55,271 nucleotides of DNA from Sodaliphilus sp. (GTDB lineage Bacteria; Actinomycetota; Coriobacteriia; Coriobacteriales; Coriobacteriaceae): positions 1 through 55,271 of the forward strand of contig CAVKNR010000001.1 in NCBI GenBank assembly GCA_963657575.1. Direction: 5' to 3'. Both the position numbers and the translations under genes were made by a program. Below are positions 19,352 to 30,501 of the stretch, one piece after another (position 1 is the first letter of the stretch; every line of letters begins with the position of its first letter). The notes below the pieces were generated by a model. It saw nothing but the letters and a program-made list of their open reading frames with translations, did no database searches and was not told the origin of the DNA.

Positions 19352-19726
19352 ATGTACGCAATCGTTAACACGGGCGGCAAGCAGTACAAGGTCGCCACCG
19401 ACGATGTCATCACCGTCGAGAAGATCGAGGGCAATGAGGGCGACAAGGTCACCCTGCCGGTTATCTTCCTCAACGATGGTAAGAAGATCGTCACCGATCC
19501 CGACAAGCTGGCCAAGGCCAAGGTTACCGCTCAGATCGTTGAGCAGTTCAAGGGCGAGAAGCAGCTGGTCTTCAAGTTCCACAAGCGCAAGCGCTATCGT
19601 CGTCTGAAGGGTCACCGTCAGCAGCTCACCAAGCTGAAGATCGTGAAGGTTCAGGCTACCTCCCGCGCCAAGAAGGCTGTCAAGGCAGAGGCTGAGGCTG
19701 TTGCCGAGGCTCCCGTCGCCGAGTAG
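19352..19726 (+). CDS. rplU: 50S ribosomal protein L21
   Basis: MYAIVNTGGKQYKV and GHRQ motifs; Ala/Glu-rich C-terminal tail. Confidence 0.98.
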   Translation: MYAIVNTGGKQYKVATDDVITVEKIEGNEGDKVTLPVIFLNDGKKIVTDPDKLAKAKVTAQIVEQFKGEKQLVFKFHKRKRYRRLKGHRQQLTKLKIVKVQATSRAKKAVKAEAEAVAEAPVAE

Positions 19727-19759
19727 ATTACACTCGTAACGAAAGAGTAGGTATACACA

Positions 19760-20017
19760 ATGGCACACAAAAAAGGACTCGGTTCCTCCCGTAATGGCCG
19801 TGACTCCCGCGGTCAGCGCCTTGGCACGAAGCGCTATGCCGGCCAGACGGTAACCACGGGCACGATTCTCGTCCGTCAGCACGGCACGCACATCCACCCG
19901 GGTGAGAACGTTGGCCGTGGCAAGGACGACACGCTGTTCGCGCTGGTCGACGGTACCGTTGAGTTCCACAAGGGTATCAAGCACAGGGTCAGCGTACGCC
20001 CGCTCGCGAACGCGTAA
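19760..20017 (+). CDS. rpmA: 50S ribosomal protein L27
   Basis: [16 protein letters not shown] and GKDDTLFAL. Confidence 0.98.
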   Translation: MAHKKGLGSSRNGRDSRGQRLGTKRYAGQTVTTGTILVRQHGTHIHPGENVGRGKDDTLFALVDGTVEFHKGIKHRVSVRPLANA

Positions 20018-20042
20018 TTCACCCTTCATAGAGCACATATGT

Positions 20043-20086
20043 GGGAGGCACTTGAGTTTTAGGATTCAAGGGTCTCCCTCTTTTTT
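20043..20086 (+). terminator. Intrinsic terminator between rpmA and obgE
   Basis: Imperfect stem GGGAGGCACTTGA/TCAAGGGTCTCCC followed by TCTTTTTT. Confidence 0.65.
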
Positions 20087-20090
20087 GTAG

Positions 20091-21569
<1,479 letters not shown>

Positions 21570-21572
21570 GCC

Positions 21573-22250
21573 ATGTCGCTGCGCGGTGGAATCGGATTGC
21601 CTGAACTGCCCATCAAGGATGGGCACGAGTTTCGGCTTGGCATTATGGGCGGCACCTTTGACCCGATTCATTACGGGCACTTGGTTACTGCCGAGCAGGC
21701 GCGCGAGTCACTCGACTTGGACGCTGTGCTATTTATGCCGGCTGGCTCTCCTGCCTTTAAGCTCGACAAACCGGTGACGCCTGCTGAGGACCGTTATGCC
21801 ATGACGGTCCTCGCGACCGCCGCGAACCCGGCCTTTTTGGCAAGCCGCTTTGAGATTGATCGTCCGGGTGTCACCTACACAGCCGATACGCTGCGTGCCC
21901 TTCGCGAGTTTTACCCGCCACAGGTGAAGCTTTACTTTATTACGGGTGCCGATGCGATTATCGATATTGTGACCTGGCACAATGCAGATGAGATTGCCGA
22001 ACTGGCAACCTTTATTGCTGCGACGCGTCCCGGCTTTGACATCGATACGGCCCGGGCGCGGATTAAGGAATCGGGATTGCCATTCGACGTGCGCTATATC
22101 CAGATTCCGGCGCTGGCGATTAGCTCTACCAACATTCGCAAGCGGGTTGCCCGCGGTATGAGCGTGCGCTATCTTACGAGCGAGTCAGTGCTCGGCTATA
22201 TCCGTAAACGCGGCCTGTATGCCGATCTTGGGCAAGACGATTTTGATTGA
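21573..22250 (+). CDS. nadD: Nicotinate-nucleotide adenylyltransferase
   Basis: GGTFDPIHYGH, FITGAD and ISSTNIR motifs. Confidence 0.96.
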   Translation: MSLRGGIGLPELPIKDGHEFRLGIMGGTFDPIHYGHLVTAEQARESLDLDAVLFMPAGSPAFKLDKPVTPAEDRYAMTVLATAANPAFLASRFEIDRPGVTYTADTLRALREFYPPQVKLYFITGADAIIDIVTWHNADEIAELATFIAATRPGFDIDTARARIKESGLPFDVRYIQIPALAISSTNIRKRVARGMSVRYLTSESVLGYIRKRGLYADLGQDDFD

Positions 22251-22262
22251 TGGGGGAGAACG

Positions 22263-22871
22263 TTGTCGGTAGAAGATCAGTTTGAGGGCGACGAGCGCGC
22301 GCTCTTGACGCGTATCCACGAGTTGCTCGATGTGCGCATGAAGGATAAGCGTAAGCGCTACGTGCATTCGCTCGGGGTTGCCGAGACTGCGCTGCATCTA
22401 GCCGAGGTGTACGGTGTCAACCGCTTTGATGCCGCTGCCGCCGGCCTGATCCATGACTGGGACAAGGTGCTCTCCGACGACGAGCTGGTCACGCGCGCTC
22501 TGCATTATGGCATTAAGATTGCCGGCTCTCCGTCTGCCGCGACGCCGCTTTTGCATGGCCCGGTTGCCGCCTATGAGCTTCCGCAGCTTTTTCCCGAGCT
22601 GTCGCCGGCAGTCTTTCAGGCTGTCGACCGTCACACCGTGGGCGCTTGCGACATGACGCCGCTCGATATGGTGGTCTTTGTGGCCGATGCCATCGAACCC
22701 AACCGCCACGGCGATTATGCCCATGCGCTGCGCAAGATGGTGGGGGAGTCGACGCTCGACGAGTTGTTCTTCTCCTGTTTTGCGCAGGGTCTGGTCTATG
22801 TGATCCAGACCGGGCGTTATCTTTATCCCACGGCTATTACGATTTACAACCATTACGCCCAGCTGCACTAG
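22263..22871 (+). CDS. yqeK: HD-domain Ap4A hydrolase YqeK
   Basis: RYVHSLGVA, HDWDK, LHG, HTVG and ADAIEP; nadD-yqeK-rsfS synteny. Confidence 0.9.
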   Translation: MSVEDQFEGDERALLTRIHELLDVRMKDKRKRYVHSLGVAETALHLAEVYGVNRFDAAAAGLIHDWDKVLSDDELVTRALHYGIKIAGSPSAATPLLHGPVAAYELPQLFPELSPAVFQAVDRHTVGACDMTPLDMVVFVADAIEPNRHGDYAHALRKMVGESTLDELFFSCFAQGLVYVIQTGRYLYPTAITIYNHYAQLH

Positions 22872-22898
22872 CTCGGGCTGTCTAGAAAGAGGTATTCC

Positions 22899-23354
22899 AT
22901 GGCCGACGAGACCATGACCGACGAGCAGATTCTTGAAGGTGTGGAGCACAAGAGTTTCGTTGCCACGTCCGACCGCACCGCTGCCTCGCTGTCCGCGAGC
23001 GGTGTTGCCGCCGAGGATGTCGCCCGCGCCGCCGCGCAGGCCGCCTACGACAAGAAGGGCGAGGACGTTCAGGTGCTCGACCTGACTGAGCTTTCCGATG
23101 TGTGCGACTACTTTGTCATCGCTACCGGCACCAACAACCGCCAGGTTGATTCCATCGTCGACGAGATTGAGGAGAAGGTCGCCGAGGCTTGCGGTGAGCA
23201 TCCGTTTTCCATCGAGGGCCGCGAGCAGAAGACCTGGATGCTCATGGACTACGGCTCGGTCGTCGTCCATGTCTTTACCCCCGAGGCCCGCGAGTTCTAC
23301 CGTCTCGAAAAGCTCTGGGGTGACGCCCCCCAGCTTCCACTCGACCTCCTCTAG
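22899..23354 (+). CDS. rsfS: Ribosome silencing factor
   Basis: DKKGED, DYFVIATG, WMLMDYGSVVVHVF and REFYRLEKLW. Confidence 0.96.
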   Translation: MADETMTDEQILEGVEHKSFVATSDRTAASLSASGVAAEDVARAAAQAAYDKKGEDVQVLDLTELSDVCDYFVIATGTNNRQVDSIVDEIEEKVAEACGEHPFSIEGREQKTWMLMDYGSVVVHVFTPEAREFYRLEKLWGDAPQLPLDLL

Positions 23355-23398
23355 GGCCTTATTTGGGCTGGGGCTTTTTTAGCCACCCTCTACCGTTC

Positions 23399-23440
23399 GC
23401 CGGTCAGTTGCGCCATTCGCAGCTGCCCGGCTTTCTTTTT
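23399..23440 (+). terminator. Terminator between convergent rsfS and dinB
   Basis: GCCGGTCAGTTGCG/CGCAGCTGCCCGGC stem followed by TTTCTTTTT. Confidence 0.7.
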
Positions 23441-23450
23441 GCCTAAGTGA

Positions 23451-24704
23451 CTAATCGTTGAAGCGGGATTGGCGGCCGAAGGAAAGGGCGGTATCGCCGA
23501 ACTTGTCTCGGACGGCGTCGATGGCGACCGAGAGATCGCGACGGTCGCTGGATTGGGCTCCGCGGTCGTCGACTTCGCAGAACAGGTCGGTCTGGATGCC
23601 GCCCTGATGGTTGAAGTCGCTCATGCCGATGCCCGCCAGGCGCACATGCATGCCTTCCTGCCAGATGTTGTCGAGCAGCTCGAGCGCCACCGCCACAAAG
23701 ATGTTCTCATCGTCGGTCGGATGCGGCAGCCGGCGCTGTGCCGAGCGACCGTTTCCGTATGAATACTTGAGCTTGAGCGTCACCGTGGCACCCGTTAGTC
23801 CTTGACGGCGCAGGCGGCGTCCCACTGACTCTCCCAATAGCGCAATCGCGGCTTCGATATCCCTACGCTCAGTCAAATCTTTCGCAAAGGTGCGCTCGTT
23901 GCTGACCGACTTGACCTCGCGCTCTTCATCGAGGCTTGTGACTTCGGAGATTTCGAGCCCCAGCGCACGCTGGCGCATGCGTTCGCCGTTGATGCCAAAA
24001 ATAGAGGCCAAGGTGGATTCTGGTGCGCGTGACAGCTCGCCAAGCGTATAGATGCGCATGCGGCGCAGTCGTTCCTCGGCCGAGCGCCCGATGCCGCTCA
24101 TGGCAGATACCGGCAGCGCGGCCAAAAAGCGCTGTTCGGTTCCGGGGCGCACGATGGTCAGCCCAAACGGCTTGTCCCGCTCGCTTGCGATCTTTGCAAC
24201 CGTCTTGTTGCAGCCCACGCCAATGGAGCAGGTCACTCCCAGCGCCGCCACGCGATCACTGATGCGCCGCGCAACCAGCAGCGGGTCTTCGGGTGCAAAA
24301 CGACCCGGTGTGATATCGATAAAGGCCTCGTCGATGGATACGCGCTCAACGCGCGGGGTCTCGTCGGCGAGAATCGCCATGACCTGCGCGCTGACCTCGT
24401 GGTAGCGATCGAAATGCCCATGCGTCCAAATGGCCTGAGGACAGAGACGTCTTGCCTCGGCCGAGGGCATGGCGGAGTGCACGCCAAAGCGACGCGCCTC
24501 GTATGAGCAGGTGGACACAACGCCGCGGGAATCGGCATCGCCACCCACGATGAGCGGCTTGCCGCGCCACTCGGGATGGTCGAGCATCTCCACGCTCGCA
24601 AAAAACGCATCGAGATCCATGAGGCCCACCGCCGGTCCCGTCCAGGGCGGCGGCGTGACGCCCATGGCATCCTCATAACCGTATGTATGTTCGCGTCTTT
24701 CCAT
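23451..24704 (-). CDS. dinB: DNA polymerase IV (Y family)
   Basis: MDLDAFFASVE, SYEARRFGVHSAM, SIDEAF and AKIASERDKP. Start is either ATG 24704 or ATG 24665. Confidence 0.95.
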   Translation of the reverse strand: MERREHTYGYEDAMGVTPPPWTGPAVGLMDLDAFFASVEMLDHPEWRGKPLIVGGDADSRGVVSTCSYEARRFGVHSAMPSAEARRLCPQAIWTHGHFDRYHEVSAQVMAILADETPRVERVSIDEAFIDITPGRFAPEDPLLVARRISDRVAALGVTCSIGVGCNKTVAKIASERDKPFGLTIVRPGTEQRFLAALPVSAMSGIGRSAEERLRRMRIYTLGELSRAPESTLASIFGINGERMRQRALGLEISEVTSLDEEREVKSVSNERTFAKDLTERRDIEAAIALLGESVGRRLRRQGLTGATVTLKLKYSYGNGRSAQRRLPHPTDDENIFVAVALELLDNIWQEGMHVRLAGIGMSDFNHQGGIQTDLFCEVDDRGAQSSDRRDLSVAIDAVRDKFGDTALSFGRQSRFND

Positions 24705-24820
24705 GTCATGAGTATACCGCGCAGCTCATGTGGGGTGCGTGTATGTGCTTGCAAATCCCGAATTCTTGTCTAAGATATGGATTTGCCCTCGACTACACCG
24801 AAGAAGTTGGTCTCACGGAC

Positions 24821-24849
24821 TTCACCTGCCCGCGTCGATGGCGTATTAT
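24821..24849 (+). promoter_or_regulatory. Probable promoter of the rpsP operon
   Basis: TTCACC, 17-nt spacer, TATTAT. Confidence 0.55.
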
Positions 24850-24905
24850 GTTCAACTGTTTGTTTGTAGTTGCAGCCTAAAGCTGCTTGGTTGGAGGAGT
24901 TTCCT

Positions 24906-25247
24906 TTGGCAGTCAAGATTCGCCTTGCTCGTCACGGCGCTAAGAAGCGTCCGTACTACCGTGTCGTCGTCGCCGATTCCCGCGCCCCGCGTGACGGTCG
25001 TATCATCGAGGAGGTTGGCCGCTACAACCCGATGACCGCCCCCAAGACCATCAACCTCGACCTCGAGAAGATCGCCGACTGGCAGTCCAAGGGCGCTCAG
25101 CTCACCGACGCCGTCGCCGCTCTGGTCAAGGCCGCCAACGAGGGCGAGAAGACCGAGACCGTCGTCAAGAAGTCCAAGAAGCAGCTCGCCAAAGAGGCCG
25201 AGGCCGCTAAGGCTGCCGCTGAGGCCGCTGAGGGCGCCGAGGAGTAA
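24906..25247 (+). CDS. rpsP: 30S ribosomal protein S16
   Basis: [28 protein letters not shown] start after GGAGGAG; Ala/Glu/Lys tail. Confidence 0.98.
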   Translation: MAVKIRLARHGAKKRPYYRVVVADSRAPRDGRIIEEVGRYNPMTAPKTINLDLEKIADWQSKGAQLTDAVAALVKAANEGEKTETVVKKSKKQLAKEAEAAKAAAEAAEGAEE

Positions 25248-25250
25248 ATC

Positions 25251-25535
25251 GTGCCTGAGGTTGACGCTGCACAGCTCGAGGGTGAGGCAATGCTCTCAGA
25301 TCGCATCGCCGATCTCGTCGAATATCTCGTTGTTCAGATCGTCGACGACCCGGATTCCGTGAGCCTTGAGGTCATCGATGGTGACGACGCCTCTACGATT
25401 GAGGTTTCGGTCGCCGAGGATGACGTCGCTAAGGTCATCGGCCGTCGTGGCCGTACCATCAAGGCCATTCGCACGCTCGCCCGTGCACTGGCCGCTCGCC
25501 TCGACACTGCAGTCGAGGTAGAGGTTCTGGGCTAG
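25251..25535 (+). CDS. khpA: KH-domain RNA-binding protein KhpA
   Basis: IVDDPDSV and KVIGRRGRTIKAIR (GxxG loop), between rpsP and rimM. Confidence 0.9.
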   Translation: MPEVDAAQLEGEAMLSDRIADLVEYLVVQIVDDPDSVSLEVIDGDDASTIEVSVAEDDVAKVIGRRGRTIKAIRTLARALAARLDTAVEVEVLG

Positions 25536-25539
25536 GACC

Positions 25540-26061
25540 TTGAGGTCCCAGTACAAAAACATCGCCCGTGTGGTCAAGCCGCACGGAAGGAAGGGGGAGG
25601 TCCTCGCGCAGCCGCTGCGGGGGCTTCCTTCTGTATTGACGCCGGGTATGCGCGTCGCCTTGACGCCGCCGGCGCTTAAGCGCGACCGTTTTTGCACGGT
25701 CACATCCGTCACCGATACGGGCGATGGCGATCTGGTCTCGTTTGAGGGCATTGACGACTTGACGGCCGCCGAGGGCATCACCGGATGCTACGTGCTGGCA
25801 GACCGTGACGATTTTGAGCTCGATTCGCTCGACGCCGCCTATACGGACCTGATGGGTCGCGAGGTGGTCGACGAGCGTTTTGGCTCGCTCGGCACGATTG
25901 TCGAGATCATGTCGACGCCCGCTAACGACGTTTGGGTTGTCGAGGGCGATCGGTACGGCGAGGTACTGATTCCCGTGATCGAGCAGGTTGTGCTCGATCT
26001 TCCCGACACAGGAACAATTTCCGTTCACGTTATGGACGGCCTGATCGATATGGACAAGTAG
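25540..26061 (+). CDS. rimM: Ribosome maturation factor RimM
   Basis: KPHGRKGEV, DLMG, ANDVWVV and EVLIP; synteny. Confidence 0.93.
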   Translation: MRSQYKNIARVVKPHGRKGEVLAQPLRGLPSVLTPGMRVALTPPALKRDRFCTVTSVTDTGDGDLVSFEGIDDLTAAEGITGCYVLADRDDFELDSLDAAYTDLMGREVVDERFGSLGTIVEIMSTPANDVWVVEGDRYGEVLIPVIEQVVLDLPDTGTISVHVMDGLIDMDK

Positions 26062-26071
26062 GGAGGACAAC

Positions 26072-26830
26072 ATGCTGATCGAGACCCTTTCGGTCTTTCC
26101 CGAGATGTTTGAGCCCGTCATGTCCACGTCGATTTTGGGCCGCGCCCGCAAGGCCGGCCTTTTTGATTTTAAGGCCTATAACCTGCGTGACTGGACGCAC
26201 GACCGCCATCGTACCGTCGATGACGAGCCGTACGGCGGCGGGCAGGGCATGCTCATGAAGGTCGAGCCTATCGCCGAGGCCATCGAGGCTATTAGCTCCG
26301 AGGGTCCCAAGCCCACCGTGGTGTTCTTTACGCCCTGTGGCGAGCCCTTTACGCAGCATGTGGCCGAGCGCCTGCTCAAAAGCGAGCGTCTGCTGTTTGT
26401 GTGCAGCCGCTACGAAGGCGTCGACGAGCGCGCGTATGCGTATGCCGATGAGCGTCTGTCGATCGGCGACTACGTGCTTACGGGTGGCGAACTTCCCGCT
26501 ATGGTCGTTGCCGATGCCGTCGTGCGCCTGATTCCCGGCGCCCTTGGTGACGAGATGAGCAACGTCGACGAGTCGTTCTCGACCGCCGAGGACGGTGGCC
26601 TGCTCGAGTACGCGCAGTACACCCGTCCCGCCGAGTTCAACGGCGAGGGCGTGCCTCCTGTGCTCGTGAGTGGCGATCACGCCAAGGTTGACGCCTGGCG
26701 CCGTAAGAATGCCATCGAGCGCACCTGCCGCTGGCGTCCCGACCTGATCGAGACGGCGCGGCTTACGCCCGAGGAGCGCGCATACGCGCAGGAGATCCTG
26801 GACGCATCGTATTTGCAGAGCGAGGAGTGA
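26072..26830 (+). CDS. trmD: tRNA (guanine37-N1)-methyltransferase
   Basis: DDEPYGGGQGM, RYEGVDER, SIGDYVLTGGE and YTRP motifs. Confidence 0.98.
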   Translation: MLIETLSVFPEMFEPVMSTSILGRARKAGLFDFKAYNLRDWTHDRHRTVDDEPYGGGQGMLMKVEPIAEAIEAISSEGPKPTVVFFTPCGEPFTQHVAERLLKSERLLFVCSRYEGVDERAYAYADERLSIGDYVLTGGELPAMVVADAVVRLIPGALGDEMSNVDESFSTAEDGGLLEYAQYTRPAEFNGEGVPPVLVSGDHAKVDAWRRKNAIERTCRWRPDLIETARLTPEERAYAQEILDASYLQSEE

Positions 26831-27396
26831 GTATGGTTCCTACGCAACATTCCGCGTTGAGGGGCGCTTTTGAGTGGATCGCGGTCATCGCGATCGCGCT
26901 TGTGGCCACCTTCCTGATCCGCACCTTTGTGGTCGAGCCCTTTGTGGTGCCCACCGGCTCTATGGAGGACACAATCGAGATTGGCGACCAGATTCTGGCG
27001 CAAAAGGTGAGCCTCGAGCTCGGTCGGCCCGTCAAGCAGGGCGATATCGTGGTGTTTCACAACCCCGATGGCACCTCCGAGCATGATGTTCTTGTCAAGC
27101 GCGTTATTGCCACGGCCGGCCAGACGGTCGACCTGCAGGATGGCAAGGTGGTCGTTGACGGCCAAGCGCTCGACGAGGACTATACGACGGGCATGAGCTG
27201 GCCACTTTCGGTCCAAGCGCCCGGCGCTCAGGTAAGCTATCCCTACACCGTTCCCGACGGGTGCGTGTGGGTGATGGGCGACAACCGCGAAAACTCTGCC
27301 GACTCACGCTACTTTGGTCCCGTCGATCGCTCTGATTTGATCGCTGTGGCGCTTGTGCGCTACTGGCCGCTCAACCGCATCGGCGCTATCGACTAA
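26827..27396 (+). CDS. lepB: Signal peptidase I
   Basis: N-terminal TM, GSM (Ser), VKRVI (Lys) and MGDNRENSADSRYFG. Confidence 0.95.
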   Translation: MSMVPTQHSALRGAFEWIAVIAIALVATFLIRTFVVEPFVVPTGSMEDTIEIGDQILAQKVSLELGRPVKQGDIVVFHNPDGTSEHDVLVKRVIATAGQTVDLQDGKVVVDGQALDEDYTTGMSWPLSVQAPGAQVSYPYTVPDGCVWVMGDNRENSADSRYFGPVDRSDLIAVALVRYWPLNRIGAID

Positions 27397-27455
27397 AAAC
27401 CGCTATAGTACAGTACCTAACCGTGTAATCGTTTCGACGAGGGGATATTAGAGGC

Positions 27456-28367
27456 ATGAACGCTTCATCGCTTTCCTTCCAAGACATCATCCTGCGCCTC
27501 CAGCAGTACTGGGGCGAGCAGGGCTGCGTCATTATGCAGCCCTATGACTCCGAGGTCGGTGCCGGTACCTTCCATACCGCGACCACGCTGCGCTCGCTCG
27601 GTCCCGCCGAGTGGCGCACCTGCTATGCGCAGCCCTGCCGCCGTCCCGCCGACGGCCGCTACGGCGAGAACCCTAACCGCATGCAGCACTACTATCAGTT
27701 CCAGGTGCTCATCAAGCCCTCGCCGGTCAACGCCCAGGAGCTCTACCTGGGTTCGCTGGCCGCCATTGGCCTGGACCCCAACGACCATGACGTCCGCTTT
27801 GTCGAGGACGACTGGGAGAGCCCGACCCTGGGCGCCTGGGGCCTTGGCTGGGAGGTCTGGCTCAACGGCATGGAGGTCACGCAGTTTACGTACTTCCAGC
27901 AGGTGGGCGGCATCGAGGTCGACCCCGTGCCTGTCGAGATCACCTATGGCCTGGAGCGTATCGCCATGTATGCGCAGGGCGTCAACTCCGTCTACGACCT
28001 GGTGTGGAGCTACCTGCCCGACGGCACGCCCATGACCTATGGCGACGTGTTCCTCGAGAACGAGCGCGAGTTCAGTGCCTATAACTTTGAGGTCGCCAAC
28101 GTCGAGATGATGCGTCAGAAGTTTGACGACTACGAGGCCGAGTGCCATTCCTGCCTGGAGCGAAAGCTGCCGCTGCCGGCGTACGACTGTGTCATGAAGT
28201 GCAGCCACGCCTTCAACCTGCTCGATGCCCGCGGTGCCCTATCCGCGGTCGAGCGTGCCAACTACATCCTGCGCGTCCGCGCCGTCGCCAAGGCGTGCTG
28301 CGAGGCCTACATGGCCGAGGTCGCCGGAGTCAACGAGAATGCCGACCAGGAAGGCGAGGTGGCGTAA
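27456..28367 (+). CDS. glyQ: Glycine--tRNA ligase alpha subunit
   Basis: [33 protein letters not shown] and EITYGLER. Confidence 0.98.
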   Translation: MNASSLSFQDIILRLQQYWGEQGCVIMQPYDSEVGAGTFHTATTLRSLGPAEWRTCYAQPCRRPADGRYGENPNRMQHYYQFQVLIKPSPVNAQELYLGSLAAIGLDPNDHDVRFVEDDWESPTLGAWGLGWEVWLNGMEVTQFTYFQQVGGIEVDPVPVEITYGLERIAMYAQGVNSVYDLVWSYLPDGTPMTYGDVFLENEREFSAYNFEVANVEMMRQKFDDYEAECHSCLERKLPLPAYDCVMKCSHAFNLLDARGALSAVERANYILRVRAVAKACCEAYMAEVAGVNENADQEGEVA

Positions 28368-28370
28368 GCC

Positions 28371-30467
28371 ATGGCAGACGCTAAGGATTTCCTGTTTGAG
28401 ATTGGTACGGAGGAAATGCCCTCCGCACCGTTGAACAATGCCGTCAAGCAGCTTGGCACCATGATCGCCAAGGGCCTCGACGAGGCCGGTCTGGCCCATG
28501 GCGAGGTCCGCGTGATCTCGAGCCCGCGTCGTCTGGCTGCGCTCGTGGCTAACGTCGCCACTGCGACCGATGAGGTCCATGAGGTCAAGCGCGGTCCCGC
28601 GGCAAACATTGCCTTCGGTGCCGACGGCAACGCCACCAAGGCCGCCCAGGGCTTCGCCCGCAAGTGCGGTGTGGCTGCCGAGGACCTGGTTCGACGCGAG
28701 GACACTGACGGTCGCGAGTATGTGTTCGCCGAGAAGAACATTCCCTCCGCACCGGCTACGCCGATTCTGACCGCTCTGTGCGAGAAGACTATTGCCGGCC
28801 TGCAGTGGCCCAACTACCGCAGCCAGCGCTGGGGCCACGAGCACGCGACCTTTGTTCGTCCGGTCCGTTGGATCTGCTGCCTTTTGGGCGAGGATGTTGT
28901 TCCCGTGTCGTTTGCCGACGTGACGAGTGGCAACACCACGCGTGGTCATCGCGTACTTGGCCCTGGTGACCACGTTGTCGCCAGCCCCGCCGTCTACGAG
29001 CAGGTGCTCGAGGACGCCGGCGTGCTCTCTGCTGAGCGTCGTCGTGAGGCCATCCTTGCCGGTATCGCCGAGGTCGAGGCTGCCCGTCCCGGCTGCCATG
29101 TTGATACGCCCAAGAAGGTCTTCGAAGAGGTCATCAACCTCTGCGAGTGGCCGACGGTGCTCGTCGGTACCTTCGATGAGGAGTTCCTCAAGGTCCCGCA
29201 CGAGATCATCTGCGAGTCCATGCTCACCAACCAGCGCTACTTCCCGATCTATGACGGCGAGGGCAAGCTCACGCGTGAGTTCGTGGTCGTCTCCAACAGC
29301 AAGCCCGAGAACGCCGAGCGCGTGATCGACGGCAACGAGCGCGTCGTGCGCGCCCGTCTGGACGACGCAAAGTTCTTCTACGAGGAGGACCTGAAGATCT
29401 CCCTCGACGAGTTCCGTGAGCGTTTGGCCAAGGTTGCCTTCCAGGAGAAGCTCGGTAGCGTGCTCGCCAAGTCCGAGCGTATTGAACAGCTCGCGCTCGC
29501 TATTGCCCGTGAGGCCCATCTTGGTGCCCACCTTGCCGCCGACGCTGCTCGCGCCGCGCACCTGTGCAAGGCAGACCTTGTGTCCAACGCCGTCGTCGAG
29601 TTCACGAGCCAGCAGGGCGTGATGGGCGGTTATTACGCGACCGCGATGGGGGAGAACGACGAGGTCGCCCACGCCATTCGCGATCACTATCGTCCCCGCT
29701 TTGCCGGTGACGAGCTGCCCGAGGGCACCGCTGGCTGCATCGTGGCCTGCGCCGACAAGCTCGATACCATCGCCGGTATCTTTTCCATCGGCGAGCCCCC
29801 GACCGGCTCTTCGGACCCCTATGCGCTGCGTCGTGCCGCTATCGGCATCATCAACATCCTGCGCGACCGTCTGCCGATCGACCCCACGTCGCTCATCGAC
29901 TTCGCCCTCGAGCTCTACAGCGAGCAGGGCATTGAGTTCGACGCCGCCGAGGTCGCCCAACAGGTTCGCGACTTCTTCCATGGCCGCCTTGTGAGCATGG
30001 CCCGCGACGAAAAGATCCCGGCCGATACCGTTGCCGCCGTCTCCGCGGTGCACATCATCGCCCCGTCCGTCTTCTTCGCCCGCTGCGCCGCCCTCGACGA
30101 GGCCCGCAAGAACGACGCTGAGACGTTCGATAACCTGGCGACCGCCTATGCCCGCGCTGCGCACATCTCCAAGCCCGAGCTGGGTGCGGAGTACGACCGC
30201 GCCCTGATGGGCGAGGTTGAGCTTGCGCTTGCCGACGCCTCCGAGGCCGCTCAGACCGCCGTCGATGCTGCTCTCGCTGCCGAGGATTACCCGGCCGCAT
30301 TTGCCGCCCTCGCCGCCCTGCGTGCCCCCATCGACCGCTTCTTCGATGAGGTCATGGTCATGGACAAGGACGAGCAGCTCCGCGATAATCGCCTTAAGCT
30401 GCTCAACCGCTTCGAGGCCGTTTTCTCCGGCATCGCCAACATCGGTGAGCTTGCCCGCAAAAAGTAA
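28371..30467 (+). CDS. glyS: Glycine--tRNA ligase beta subunit
   Basis: FLFEIGTEEMP, PRRLA, FVRPVRW, GNERVVRARL, KADL and GSSDPYALRR. Confidence 0.97.
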   Translation: MADAKDFLFEIGTEEMPSAPLNNAVKQLGTMIAKGLDEAGLAHGEVRVISSPRRLAALVANVATATDEVHEVKRGPAANIAFGADGNATKAAQGFARKCGVAAEDLVRREDTDGREYVFAEKNIPSAPATPILTALCEKTIAGLQWPNYRSQRWGHEHATFVRPVRWICCLLGEDVVPVSFADVTSGNTTRGHRVLGPGDHVVASPAVYEQVLEDAGVLSAERRREAILAGIAEVEAARPGCHVDTPKKVFEEVINLCEWPTVLVGTFDEEFLKVPHEIICESMLTNQRYFPIYDGEGKLTREFVVVSNSKPENAERVIDGNERVVRARLDDAKFFYEEDLKISLDEFRERLAKVAFQEKLGSVLAKSERIEQLALAIAREAHLGAHLAADAARAAHLCKADLVSNAVVEFTSQQGVMGGYYATAMGENDEVAHAIRDHYRPRFAGDELPEGTAGCIVACADKLDTIAGIFSIGEPPTGSSDPYALRRAAIGIINILRDRLPIDPTSLIDFALELYSEQGIEFDAAEVAQQVRDFFHGRLVSMARDEKIPADTVAAVSAVHIIAPSVFFARCAALDEARKNDAETFDNLATAYARAAHISKPELGAEYDRALMGEVELALADASEAAQTAVDAALAAEDYPAAFAALAALRAPIDRFFDEVMVMDKDEQLRDNRLKLLNRFEAVFSGIANIGELARKK

Positions 30468-30501
30468 GCCAGCCTGCGCATAAGCGCAAAAGGAGCCCCG
30501 C

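Noticed and set aside
19726..19760. Missing prp (ysxB) between rplU and rpmA
   Set aside because: L27 starts MAHKK without the cleavable N-terminal extension, so Prp is not expected.
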